Below are positions 23,254 to 35,118 of a stretch of DNA of 35,137 bases, piece by piece; the stretch's first letter is position 1; each line of letters starts with the position of its first letter. The notes beneath the pieces were generated by a model. That model had not been told where the DNA came from and did not search any database. It worked only from the letters and a program-made list of their open reading frames with translations. The position numbers were made by a program, and so were the translations under genes. Location of the stretch: contig JALAIB010000077.1 in the NCBI GenBank assembly GCA_023645945.1, positions 1 to 35,137 on the forward strand. The letters are read 5' to 3'. Source of the DNA: Diploschistes diacapsis (Eukaryota).

Positions 23254-26200
23254 ATGGAAAGTCCCAAAGATGCTTTGACGAACATATATAAGACTGTGGG
23301 GGTGACTACACCACTGCCTTTCTAAAGCTGACAAAGGGGCAGGAAGGCATCTTCTCAATCAATTGGACCACTTATGCAAGGCGAGGCCAACCAAAACCGA
23401 GTACAAGGTATCAGGATGTAGACTTGGAGTTCCTTCAGGCCGCTGAAGCTAGGTTACGGCAAGGAGGCCTCTTCGTAACGCTAGATTTATCTTCAGAGCT
23501 TTTGTGGATTTTTGAACTATCGAATCTGGAGGCTTTACCCAAATTCCCGGCGAATTCGGCTCCTTCAATTATACCTGACGTTGCAAATCGTTACGGACTT
23601 GGCGGTAAGCCATTCAAAATGAAAATTCTGTTGATGGCTGACTATTCGTAGAAAGCGCTGCAGGTTCACTAAAGGCTGAGGATATCACTAAAGATGGTAT
23701 TGCACCTAATCGTAGTGAGCATATTCGAAAACGGAAAAGAAGTCTTGAGGAGGCGCACAGGAGCTTGACTACGAGCAATTCCAAAGCCGCAACTCTAAAC
23801 TCTATAACTGCGGCTGCAGATTCATCCTCAAATGATGGCACCGATACAGAGCAGTCCGCCCAACGGGCAGATACTTATCATATTTATTCTTGCTTTATTA
23901 CGGCGCTGATCAGTACTCTTACTTACTTTTTGATAAGGAGAAGAAGATATATGCAACTCGGTCACGGTGTCCTGATAGCTGGTGACTTTGGAGGGCTATT
24001 TGTTCCGGATGATTTGCGCCTTCCAGATACCGACTTCACACCTCGACCGGTCTTTTTGTTGGCTGCTGGCTGGCAGCCCACTGGCGACCTTCTCATACTA
24101 TCATACCGCTCTCGTGAGCTTGTGCTTCCTCTTCACAAGGCTTCAGAAGGCTCCCAGGTACTACTTGCACCCTTCGGGTGGAGTGGGTCCATACGAATGT
24201 CCTCAAATGCAGTAAGCCCAGCACAAAGCGATAACCAGCAGAGCGAGGCTCGCCCTCCCCAGAACTGGCGTAGCTCTTGCTTGGCTATTCTAGAGCAACA
24301 TGGCATCTCCCTCAGCAAAGAGCTAGACTGGGTGACTATTTCCGTTCACCGTGAATCGACTGAGTCTTGTTCTCAGCCAATCCAGATAGAGTGGCCAGCG
24401 CAGCTATGCTTCAAACCATTAGAACAGGGCCGGGAGGTGAAGGAGGACTTTGGGGAGAGACTGTCTGCAACCAAGAGCCTGGTAGATCCCTTAGCAGCAG
24501 CAGAGACCTGGTTCATCACCCGCGGAGCGGGAGAGGGGCCTATGGAAGAACAGAGACGGAGCAATGACCCGAGGGACGACGAGGAAAGTGAAGAAACATC
24601 TGAGGACGAGACGATACCTCCAGGTTTACAAACCATCCCTACCGACATGCATGAGACGCAAGTCGTTGGCGGAATGTATCCTACCCCGCCTGATGGTGAC
24701 AAATCTCAGTCTGTAGGTGCACTTGTACCTAGGACACACCCTGCCAAAAGCAAGACCGAAGGCTCTCAACGCGCTGATAACGAATCTACGGAAGAGTTAC
24801 AGATCAGCGAGAACCGCTTTGATCCAGCGCCAACTGCCCAGATTAACCTTGGAAGCTACGATCACTTAGAAGATGATGACTTGCTCGGTGACGTGCAGGC
24901 CCAGCTGTATAGGGATAATGGCGTTACGGAAGATGACTTTAGCTTCTTCGATAAGCCTGATGAAGCTTCATTGACTCCCATGGACACCGATCCTAAACCT
25001 CTTTCGAAGTCTGAACCATCTGGAACTGTATTGCAAGCCGAATCAGGTAACCATCGCGTTTCCCCAACAAACCCAAAGAAAAAGGAAACCGACTTGCCTT
25101 CAGTATTAGAGTCACCGGTAGCCTATCTGGCTACGCCTAAAGAGTCGGACCATACTGAAGTCGACAAGGCGTCAAGTGCTGAGAGGCAGGTCAAACTAGA
25201 GCAAGAGATGTTGAGAACCCCGATGACGCAGCCAGATGACGAAAAATTCATAGATAACCTCAGTGATAATCCCACACGGAAAGCAAAGGTAGGCAACAAG
25301 TACCATTACGCTGATTGATAAAACCACTAAAACTCTTAGACCATGGACGACAAGTATGCCGCTTCTGGCAAATTTGCTACAAAGATGACCGAGCGGCCTT
25401 CGTCCTCAAAACCCAGCCTAGCTCCCGAAACTCGTTACGGTATCCCGACTATTAATGTCCTCCGCGAGTATAAAGGAGGTAAGCATAGTTTGTCGAATCC
25501 TTAACTATACTTCCTAAACTCTGCTTAGAAAGCTTCGTCAATCCTCGGACATCTAGCACAAGATCGGACAACAGTAGCCAAGAGCCGTTACATAAGCAAC
25601 AATTCAAGGGGCTACTGGGGGCTACATCAGAATCAGCTCGGTCTAACATCAAGCACTTTGAACCCGACTTGGAAGTGACCCTGTCATCTTCACCAGCAGA
25701 AATATTGTTCCTCAGAAAGAGTCTTTTCCAGATTAGAGGGTGCTGGATACGAAAGAGTGGGGGGCATGGAGGGAGCCTTGCCGAACACAAACACCATAAC
25801 ATAGAAAAGCATACTATGGACTTTATACAACTTGCTCAGATTGTTGCTGATCAATATGTGTACTATGACACTCTTTTGCAGGACGAAAATCACTATAAGA
25901 TACTGGAAAGCGAGTGCTCCAACGCAGTATCAGAGCGCATGTTGGGAGATGCTATTTCTTCCTTCTTACCTCGTTCGCATAGGTGTACTTTGGATGAGTG
26001 CGCTAATCTAGGAGCCAGCCAAAAATATCCGGGAAACGACCTTCAGAATCCTATTCGCCTGTTACAAAGAAGGGCGGAAACTGTGAAAGGACCTCAATCC
26101 CCAGCTAAGCAACCATTACCGCACGTTTCTTTATTCAAGCCCCCAGACGTGCTTGTCAGACGAGGGGAGTCTCTCATGGAGATTTCGTCTGCAGCTTTGG

Positions 26201-27727
26201 ACTTCTGGAAAGAGCTTGGCTTAAGCCCTATGAATGGCTCGAAAGATATTATTGCATTCTGCCTGTATCCTGATACAGAAATGCTGCATCGAGGCGCTCA
26301 ATCACTGCTGGAAGCGATAAGTCAGACGTACTTGAGTCTGAAACTAGGAGTACATACCGCAGGTCATCCTGCTCTAAAAGATTATCCTTCCGGTCTTGTG
26401 GCAATCCCAGTCTATGAAAATGTTACCGAGGCTCTGAAAAGCATGAATGATGCTGGTGAGCAATTTGGTACGTCAAATTCGAGGTCCTCAAGAACTCAAT
26501 ACTGACATGGTCAGGTAAATCGCTATCTGTGCTTGCTGGTCTTCACAGAACAATCGTGGTCTACGTAGTCAATCCTTCAGATAGCTCTGAGTCTATCCGA
26601 AAACTTTGCGAGCTTTTCCAAACGATTTTTGCAGCTTACGCCTCGACTCTGCGAATGGCCGAGAATCCTAGCGATTTGGTTTTGCAGATACTACCCCTTA
26701 GCTGGGTAGGCTCCGAGACTCACATAACCATTCCTGCTCTTGGACCTTGCACTCGACTGGCAAAAATCATCTACAACAAGTGCCCCTTATCAAACGCTGC
26801 TCAATCACCATTTGATTCCGGGACTGCATTTCAGATTGCTAGACAAGTTCCAAGAAAGATAGATTTCAAGGTAACTGCTTCCGGCACATACAGTCCCCTG
26901 AAACACTCCCCCATTGCCCACTTGGGCTATTTCTGGGATGCACGCGAGGATTGGCTTTCTGTTGCATTGACAAATGACACCGGCGATCTGCAATGGAATG
27001 CTTCATATCATCTCGGTCAAGTCTCCAATCCACGTCCATATTTTGCTGCAGTAGCGAAAGAAATTTGGGAGGTAGTAGGAGAGTCATTTGATTTTACACA
27101 GGATGAGTGCAAGGTATTTGTGGCCAAGGTGGGCGCTTTTACTGATACCGAGATAGAAAGTAAGTCTGCATTGCATCAGCTGAGAAACCACAACTGACGC
27201 ATTCAGTTTGGATAAGACTCGCCGAGAAGGCCACGATGGCTGTCTTTTTTGTAAGTGTGGAGGGAGAATTTCCAATCCAAATCCATCAAGGGTTATACGA
27301 GAGTAGTGCAGCCGGTCTTGATCAGGAATCTGTAAGTCTGCCAGCGACCCCTGAGGTTGCAAGCCCAGACACAAGCGCTTTCAAGACTCTTGGAGAAGGT
27401 GAAGCCGGTTCCCACCTAGTTAATCTGAACGAGCGCAGATGGTGCATAGTGTCAGCATGCACACTGAAAGCGCCTTCTGAAATGCTGGAAATTGACCAGA
27501 CCTGCAGGTGCGGATACATAGTGGGCAAGGGGAATCTACTGCTTGCTGTCCGACTGGTACAGGAAAACAAATTGTGTGATTTCAAAGGTCTTTTAGACAC
27601 ATTCTATAATCTTGGAGTGCTAACCCGAGCTCGGTGTCTCAACGACGAACTCCCATGGCATTTGGCCGTTGCTAAAAGGGCACACGCTGGAATACAAGCA
27701 GCGATGAGCGAATCTTATGATACATGA
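23254..27727 (+). CDS. MED13: Mediator kinase-module subunit Med13 (Ssn2/Srb9), ~1394 aa
   Basis: Seven exons: 23254-23295, 23343-23604, 23652-25288, 25340-25478, 25529-26467, 26515-27159, 27207-27727 (4185 nt, all GT-AG). Motifs EWPAQLCF, DPLAAAETWF, MYPTPPDG, VTEDDFSFFD, DDKYAASGKF, FWKELGLSP..GSKDI, IVVYVVNP and LPWHLAVA. Confidence 0.9.
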
Positions 27728-27734
27728 ACCCATG

Positions 27735-29571
27735 TCAGCTAACGAGGTTGATTCTACTAGCCAGTAATGGTCCTACAACGGTGCCTAAGCTGGGGCGCAG
27801 CTTTGTTAGAAGCCGGATATGGCTCCACCTCCTTCGGTTGGTCATGCTATCCGCCGTAAGCTCGTCACAGATACCACGAGGACCGAAAGCGCAGAGCAGG
27901 CCATTCCAAGGTTTCTCTCCATTGACGAACAATTTCCAGCGCTTCCGCATCTCCTGGGCTGTTCTTTCGAGGTACGAATACCTAGAAAGGTCGTAATCAC
28001 CAAATGCGTACAAAGGGTCGACCCCATGATGAGCCCCAACAGATGGCTGCCATGGGTTTGGTTCGGCGACCGCATATTGGTACACAGTCTTGCCCAGCGA
28101 ACGCCACCCATTGGCAATAGAAACTATGGGCTCTGCAAAGAAAAAGTCGTTGATGAAGTCCAGGCTCCTCATTTGCAAGCCTTCGGCAAAGTCTCTTCGA
28201 TGCAATATAGGGATTTCATAAGGTCAATTTCATCACCTCGAAATCTATCGAAGCATTGAACGAGCTCATGTGGCGACATTTGACGGACGCCTTCCATCCA
28301 GAGGATGGACTCGAATTCACATTCACCAATCATTAGCTCTTCAACACTCTCCGTTTTTGTCTTCCAACCTTCGAGTTCCGGAGTCAGTTCGAGCCAAACG
28401 CTTTTAATTTATAATTTCTCAAGTCCCCTAACTAAACCTTCGGCTGGGGCATCCTGCAGATCTTGTCCGCACTCCTGCTCTACGAAATTTTCCAGAGGGT
28501 CACGAATTGACTTACTACTATGAAATGGCGAGGGAGGGGGATAGCTGAAGTGATCCCGATATTAAGATAACCCTTTTAGCCGGTGTTCCTATGGTTGAAT
28601 GAGCATGGCTGTACACACCGCCAGCACTTTCTTCTACTAGCGTAATGTCGTTCTATGGGCGTCAGCGCCGGGGTTTTCCTACTGGCATTACTTTCACGCA
28701 CCCTGTTCCCACCAAAGTCTTTGATACAGTTGAAGATCCACTCTATGGCGCGTTGCTGATCTTACAAAGCTAGGTTTCGCTCGCCCTTGTTGTTCCCAAA
28801 CCCAAAGATGTTCAGTCGATAATTTATGGCCGCCACAATCAACGATTTCCCTAGCTTTATGGAGTCGGCAACCATCCTGCGTGTCTCTGAAGCAACCATC
28901 AGGCAAGGACAGCGGACACGCGGCGTCTTCTCACCTGAGCACCGGCTAGCCGGACCATGGATACTATTAACTTGCGAGCGTCCCAAAGGTGATCTCAGCA
29001 ATATTTGGGGACCTGGGGATTTCAAGTACCATGTATCCAAAGCATCACGGGCACCTTCTTCTTGGGAATTGTAAAAGGCGTCCTCACAGTAAGATTAAGG
29101 CAACGGAATTCATCTTGCTCGAACCTTTCTTCCGGATAGCTACTGGGGACGCACATCAAGACTCTAGTGTCCACATGGATTTGAGGGCATTGGGGCCTGC
29201 CCATCACTCAGCACATACCCAAACCCAACCCCCACTTTTGCGCGCAGTATGTCAAGATCATTGTTAGATAAGACAGGTTATGACGGGTCTGCGTAGGAGC
29301 CTCTCCTGGAGCTTCTACACACATAGATAGATCAAGGGGCAAGGACTTACCCGGATTGTGTGCCATTTATAAGCCAAGTTCTGCCTCCTTGCATACTCTT
29401 TTCTGCCTTATCACCAACAGTAACAATTTCCGATCTTACAAACCGCTATCCAATGCGGGTATATTGTAGGCCGCGATATTGAATTGTCTCGATGCCGTCC
29501 TTGACCACCGTGACGCCAGAAATGCAGCATCGAGCGAATTATGGGGACAATTGAAAGCCAACAGATGTCAT
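27735..29571 (-). pseudogene. Carboxylesterase type B (alpha/beta hydrolase) pseudogene
   Basis: Recognisable QYRGLQY, GPQCPQ, DEFRCLNLTV, PVMLWIHG, INYRLNIFGF, NLAL*DQ, EESAGG and AHHGVD motifs. In-frame stops at 29539, 29446, 28762 and 28409, frameshifts near 28535 and 28165, and an apparently lost AG acceptor near 28985. Confidence 0.88.
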
Positions 29572-30178
29572 TTCACTGTTCCAATGTGGGAGATGATCTA
29601 TCTCGGTCGGGCAACCTTTACACGAAGGCTATCTATACTGATAGCGCATACGGATGATGAGAGTATAATACGTGAATGGAAATGTCCGAGGCTCGTCATG
29701 GATGTTCCAAGATCTCCACCAGAGCCGAGTCTCAAACCCAAACCCAACCTTCGGCCTTTTTAAGCTCCTCCTTCTCTACTCACGAGCATCCCACCATATT
29801 GAGCGATTCTTTGGTTCTAAAAATATTCCCAACATGGCCGACCCACACCACGCACCTAAGGAGACTCGAGATCGCCGTTGCGACTCTGGGGCATGCTGAG
29901 CCACCTCTGCTTTGCTGCGTCCGGCGGTATTTTCAATGCCGCGCTCAGGCATACTTTACTTTCTGGTGAAGATCTGCTCCTGTACTTAAATGATTCAAAT
30001 TGCGCTTTCAAAATGTTTCTGAAATAGTAAACGAGTCTGCAGCGTGCCCAACGAAGCGTCCTTGGAAGCAATTGGTCGGTTAAGAGCAGCCGGGAGCAGA
30101 GCCCAAACTTCCCGCTCCATTGAGAGTGTTGCTCGTTGGTGCCAGAGCTTTCGTTTCCTGAAGTCTCATCGGATCCGT

Positions 30179-32731
30179 ATGCTTTATTCTCCGCTGCCCA
30201 CGCCCAACTCAATCCGTCTCCTCCAAATACATGACGAGGACGAGCAAGGTCTCATATATTGCGGCCTTCGTACGGTACAACTCGATTCTGGACCTGTATA
30301 CAGCTGTTTATCTTACGCCTGGGGCAATGCATAACCAAAGCGTGAGATCGTGAGAAGTGCATTCCAGGACAGGGACCACTCAACGCAATGGCCGATCGCC
30401 CTCGATGGGAAGTTCCAGCTCGTCAATCAAAATCTTTATGATGCTCTTCGGGAGCTTGCTAGGAACCCAGTTCTCTTTGAGCGAGAAGGAGAAGCCACAC
30501 AACTTGTCCTACACCGAGCAGGCCGGTAACGGGAACGAAGCTCTAGCCTTTGGATCCCTTGATATGTGGCGCTTATGTCAACAGTTTGAATGCTCAGGGA
30601 AGAACACCCCTGCACTATGCTGTGGAGAGTGGTCTACTAAATATCGCGAAAGCGTTGCTCCAAGTGGGATCCGATCCAACGCTGGAGGATTATCAAGGCT
30701 TATCGGCTCTTGATCTTGCTACGTTCAGGGAGCATCAGGGTGTAGCCGAAATTCTGAGTGCATGGAGTCGATCTAAGAACGAGAGAAACAAAAGTCACGT
30801 ATTTGCTGAGGCAAATTTCGTCTGGATAGATGCACTCTGCATCAATCAGGCGGATTTTGCCGAGTGAAGTCATCAAGTGCTCGTTACCGACCGAATATAT
30901 CGAGAGGCTGGATCAGTTCTGGCTTGGCTATGGCCTGAAGATGAACTCACAACATCGGCTTGCCGTGTGATTAGGACGATTGCCCAGCAGTACCGCAAAT
31001 ACGGTGATTGTGGTATCGTGCCGTTCAGAGACGCCGAGCCTGAAGTATACGAGAGGGCCGGTGTCCCATACGTATCAATCCAAGAATGGAACGCGCTTGC
31101 TCTGCTCTATATGGGTACCTGGTTTACCCGGGTCTGAGTCCTGTAGGAAGCTATTCTAGCCAACTAGCTTCTGTTCTTCTGTGGCTCTACACAGATCATT
31201 TTTGATGATCTTGCAGTAGTCACCGAAGCACTGTGGAAACGAGACCAGGCGTCAGGATTCCCTTCCGTAACATACATGCTGCAGATGGTAAATGACCCGG
31301 TCGCCGGAAGCAAGCATTCGCCATCTCGGCTCGAGATCAGCTCTCAGTATGCGACTGCAGTCGAATACGATTTCTATGTTATGATGGTGCTCAAGATGCA
31401 TTGGATTTATGACCAAGCTGGCGTGGATGAATATGTCTTGCTTGATGATCGCAACGCGTCCCTCAGCTTTGCCAGCTTAATCTACCATGCCTGGGGTCTA
31501 GATTGCCGAGTCCCTCACGACAAAATTTACAGCCTTCTTTCAATCGTCAAGTCTGATTCAAGCTTCTTTCAAGTCTTTCCGGACTACCAAAAACCTGTTG
31601 AAGACTGTATGCAATCACTACCAAAAAGATACTTTAAGTCCAAGGTAACCTCAACCACCTCTAAACCCTCAATGACCGGTCCGTCGTCAACATCACCAGC
31701 CTCCCCTCGTGGGCCCCTGACTACAGCACCAGCGGACATGCCGTGATGCACAATCATCGCTACAACACTGCTGATGGCAAAGTAAATCCCACTTTCACCC
31801 TTCCCGCCGCTGCATGGAACATCCTCCCCCCGTCCAAGGCCTCTGCATCGGCACCATCCACCGCACAAGCCACAGCAACAAAGGTAGCAATACCCAACGC
31901 TATTATGACCCAACCTGGTGGACCATCCTGTCCGAAACTCCACACCCCTACGCAACAAGCGAATCCCGCAGCAAAGCCCTCTTCCGCACCCTCCATGTGT
32001 CCACCACGACCTGGCCGGTCGAGGAAACGCGGGGAACCATTCCGCCGCTTCCTCACGGGGCGGATCTGCGCCGAGATCGAGAAAGAAGATACCCTCGACG
32101 CCGTACAAACCGCGCAGCTGGCACACATACTCGCCACAAATCTCTTGGCGTCACAAGAAAAGGCGCAGGGGCAAGAACCAGAGGACGCCCAACCCCTAAG
32201 ATTTCCCGCGCCCAACGCAAACCTCGACGGGGCCGTATTACGCCTCAGTCCGCGCCTCGCTATTGGGCATGAACGCTCTGCCCCTCGCCGAAGACCGCGC
32301 CGCGTCCTTCAGCCCCTCGCTCGCGGATCTGGAAGTCTTTCGTATTAGTGGCAACGGGGGAGGCTGTGGCACTCGCACCGGCGTAATATTGTCGATCTGG
32401 CGGCCGTCAGCGAGATCCTAGACGCGGTATCGGAGCGGCTGGCGAGGCGGAAGCTGTTTGAGACTTAGGGCGGCCTGTTGGGGTTGGGGGAGCGTGTCGG
32501 TGAGGGACGGGGACGAGGTGTGGGTTCTTGAGAGTGGGAAGTATGCCGTATGTGCTTAGGAAGAAGGAGAAGGTAGGAGATGGTGAAGGGGATGGGGGGA
32601 AGGGGAGGTAGGAGTTGGTGGCGGCGGCCTAGGTGCATGGAGTTCTGCAAGGGCGAGGGGATAGAGAGGAAAGAAGGAGGGATGAGAGGAGTGTTTAAGA
32701 AGGATGGAGTTGGAGGGCGTTAAGATGTATA
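30179..32731 (+). pseudogene. HET-6-type heterokaryon-incompatibility protein pseudogene with internal ankyrin repeats; 3' end approximate
   Basis: YSPLP...IRLL, YSCLSYAWG, NLYDAL, ankyrin GRTPLHYAVESG...LLQVGSDP, WIDALCINQ, IYREA..VLAW, WFTRV*VL*E, HDKIYSLL, PDY, LPSWAPDYS, RRKLFET*GGLLGLG, DEVWVL and A*VHG. Stops at 30332, 30527, 30865, 31135, 31144, 31165, 32630 and others, plus several frameshifts. Confidence 0.88.
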
Positions 32732-33239
32732 GGGCTGGGAGGAACTGGGGTGTTTTTGAAGTAGTTTGGCTAAATCATAGATTGGGAGTACTCCCACTAC
32801 ACAAAGCCGATAGATCGCTACGAATCCAAGAAAAAAACTGCTGCAAGGTAATCAGGTTCTATATGCCGTGACATCTCTATCTTAACACTTACGTGTTGAC
32901 TTATTCTCTAGTCGGAACCGTCAGCAACAGTGGAGACGTTGCTGAATTCACAGGATCTTAATGGAACCGGTCCACTGCTGTGACAGCCTGGATCATCACT
33001 GCGTGGAGAAAAAGCATTCAAACTAAAATATTCTGTGGCTCAGCGCCATGGTGTTTGACCTGGGAAGTGTCATGTTTTCCACACACCAACCGCCGCTGTA
33101 CTCAGCTTTAGTAATTATCGGTATGAGTAGCAAGGCGTGATGCAACACTTGTACCCAAGCTTTGCACAATCTAAAGGTCGTCGGCCCCTAGAATACACAA
33201 AACGAATAGTTAAGGACATTGTCCCCTACAGGAACCCCA

Positions 33240-34203
33240 TCATGGTAGCTCGGAGGATCTTCGCTGGGGAGGTTGTTCGGAGACATGCCCCTCCACGCCA
33301 AACTCATCACGCACGCCGTTCATATCTAGTTCGTATGCAGGTCGCCCAGTCCTGAGTTCTGGGTGCGTTGGCTCTGAAGCGCTCTTTTCGTCTACAGCTG
33401 AATGCGGCTTGCGTTTTCGGCGTTGGTAGCGGAGAAGAGCCATGACAACACTCATTAAAGGCGCTCCTCCAATACCAGCGCCTATGCCAACGGCAATCGT
33501 GGCGTTCTTAGAGAGCCTGTTGTTTGGTGGGGTGCTCTCGCTTTGGGGGGTTACGCCTGATGTTGGAGAGGCCATTCCTGCGTTGCTTGCGGTTATGGTA
33601 ATAGTAGGGCTATAAAACTTGGTCCAAACAATGGTACCCACAGGATCAAGAGGAGTGGTTGTGAAATAATAGCCAACTGCCGTCTGAGTGCCCAAGCTGT
33701 TTGAAATTGATGTTTCGCTGGAAGGGAGAGCCGAGGTACCAATGGATGAAGCCAGAAAGTCTTCATAAGCGAGCAGAGACGATTCCATCGAGCAGTAGGC
33801 TAAGGATAGCGATAAGATAAAATCTGGTTCGCAGGCGCCAGGACCTCCGGCAGCACCACGATCTCTAAAGCAAGCTCCGCAACTACTTTGGAAGCGTATA
33901 CTTGAAAGTAAGACCATATAACTATTTGCCCTTGAAGAAATTCGAAGTACATGGAACCCACATTCTTAAGATTGCAACGGCATAGCTGTTGCTCTTCAGG
34001 ACTTGCAGCAGTCGTAGGCTGAGCCACGGTTGCGGCAGTCAGGGCAACACTGGATCCACAATAGCAGTTTCGGTACAGAAGTGAAATAGAAAAGCATCGC
34101 GTGTCAGTATCTAGTATGCCTAGGCCCACTGCATAGCACTATGAGTATGCGCTTTACAAGGTCCAGGCGTGGCTGTTAACGCAAATGTAGCGGTGGCAGC
34201 CAT
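33240..34203 (-). CDS. Cys-rich, Ser/Thr-rich single-pass membrane protein (cell-surface sensor-like), ~289 aa; possibly an incipient pseudogene
   Basis: Tentative exons 34203-34158, 34110-33930, 33882-33240. Cys cluster (RC..., CYC, QQLCRC, GCGAC, AYC), S/T stalk, TM segment IAVGIGAGIGGAPLMSVVMALL followed by RYQRRKRK, and a tail with YELD and SELP. The second intron needs a GC donor. Confidence 0.6.
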
Positions 34204-34905
34204 CGTTGAAACCGTATGTGTGCTTAGCCGGTGAGCATCAGTATGGAAGAGCAACCAGAGAGTTGCTGCTAGGACCTTAATAGAATAGATTAACTAGCAG
34301 AATAGCCATAAGCCCTCATTCGTCAAGGGAGCAAAGAATATAAAGTGGGACTTTGTGAAAGCTCAGTGCAAGTCGAGATCTTTAGCTCAGCTTGCCGCAA
34401 TGCTGTATACCCTACCTTGGTAGGGAACGAGATGATTCTTTCTGCGCATCGATGTCCTACCGCATACTGTCGGACGCCGCAATAATAACAAACAACTGAG
34501 CTTCCACACAATCACTCGAAGCTGTATCACATGTAATCAGGTGCAACCTACTGCTAGCTTTTGCTTGACGTGACTCGAGGCTTGAAAACAATGGAAACGT
34601 GCTGGGATTCAACACTCCAGAATTGGGAACGAGGTTTTAGAAAGGAGATTGATTCAAGGATAAGGAGAAAACTTCAAATCATCAAAAGTTTTCCATGTCG
34701 CCCCAAAACTTTGTCTACGGTTCACATTTGAGCAAACCACAGGGATAAAACAGGGGAGAGAGGATTTTAAACTTTAGTCAGCATTGGAATGTCAGCATCC
34801 GGCGTTAGCTACCTCTAACTCCACTGCAGCTTTCACAACTCCCGTCTCCTCCTTCATCCAGCAGCGGTTGAGACTGCCCGGGAATCCAGCGCTTCAGCCT
34901 AGGCA

Positions 34906-35107
34906 ATGGCAACGGCACCCCACTCCCTCCCTAGCGCCCTGCAGCGCTTCCTCGCCCGCCCGCACGCCGGCGACTACCTCGGCCTCGTGCTCCTGCTCAT
35001 CGGCAACCTCCTCCTCCAGCTCCTCGCGGATCCCTTCCACCGCCTCTTCGTGCTCGACGACCACGCCATCCAGTTCCCGCACGCCGAGATCGAGCGCGTG
35101 CCTCTCT
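34906..35107 (+). CDS. DPP1: PAP2-family lipid/diacylglycerol pyrophosphate phosphatase (Dpp1-like), first exon only
   Basis: MATAPHSLPSALQRFLARPHAGDYLGLVLLLIGNLLLQLLADPFHRLFVLDDHAIQFPHAEIERVPL followed by a GTATGT donor at 35108. PFHR.F.LDD..IQ(F/Y)P.A..ERVP matches the N-terminus of fungal Dpp1-like proteins. Confidence 0.8.
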
Positions 35108-35118
35108 GTATGTTCCCT

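Noticed and set aside
31584..32348. ORFs 31584-32126, 31760-32215, 31814-32272 and 31743-32348 as independent genes
   Set aside because: They are frameshifted pieces or shadows of the C-rich part of the HET pseudogene.
32585..32615. G-quadruplex in the G-rich block
   Set aside because: Only three clear G>=3 runs lie close together, and the local skew explains them.
30179..32731. HET gene rescued by sexual-stage A-to-I editing of premature stops
   Set aside because: Editing converts TAG/TGA stops to Trp only. Here some stops replace Gln or Tyr and several frameshifts are present, so editing cannot restore the ORF.
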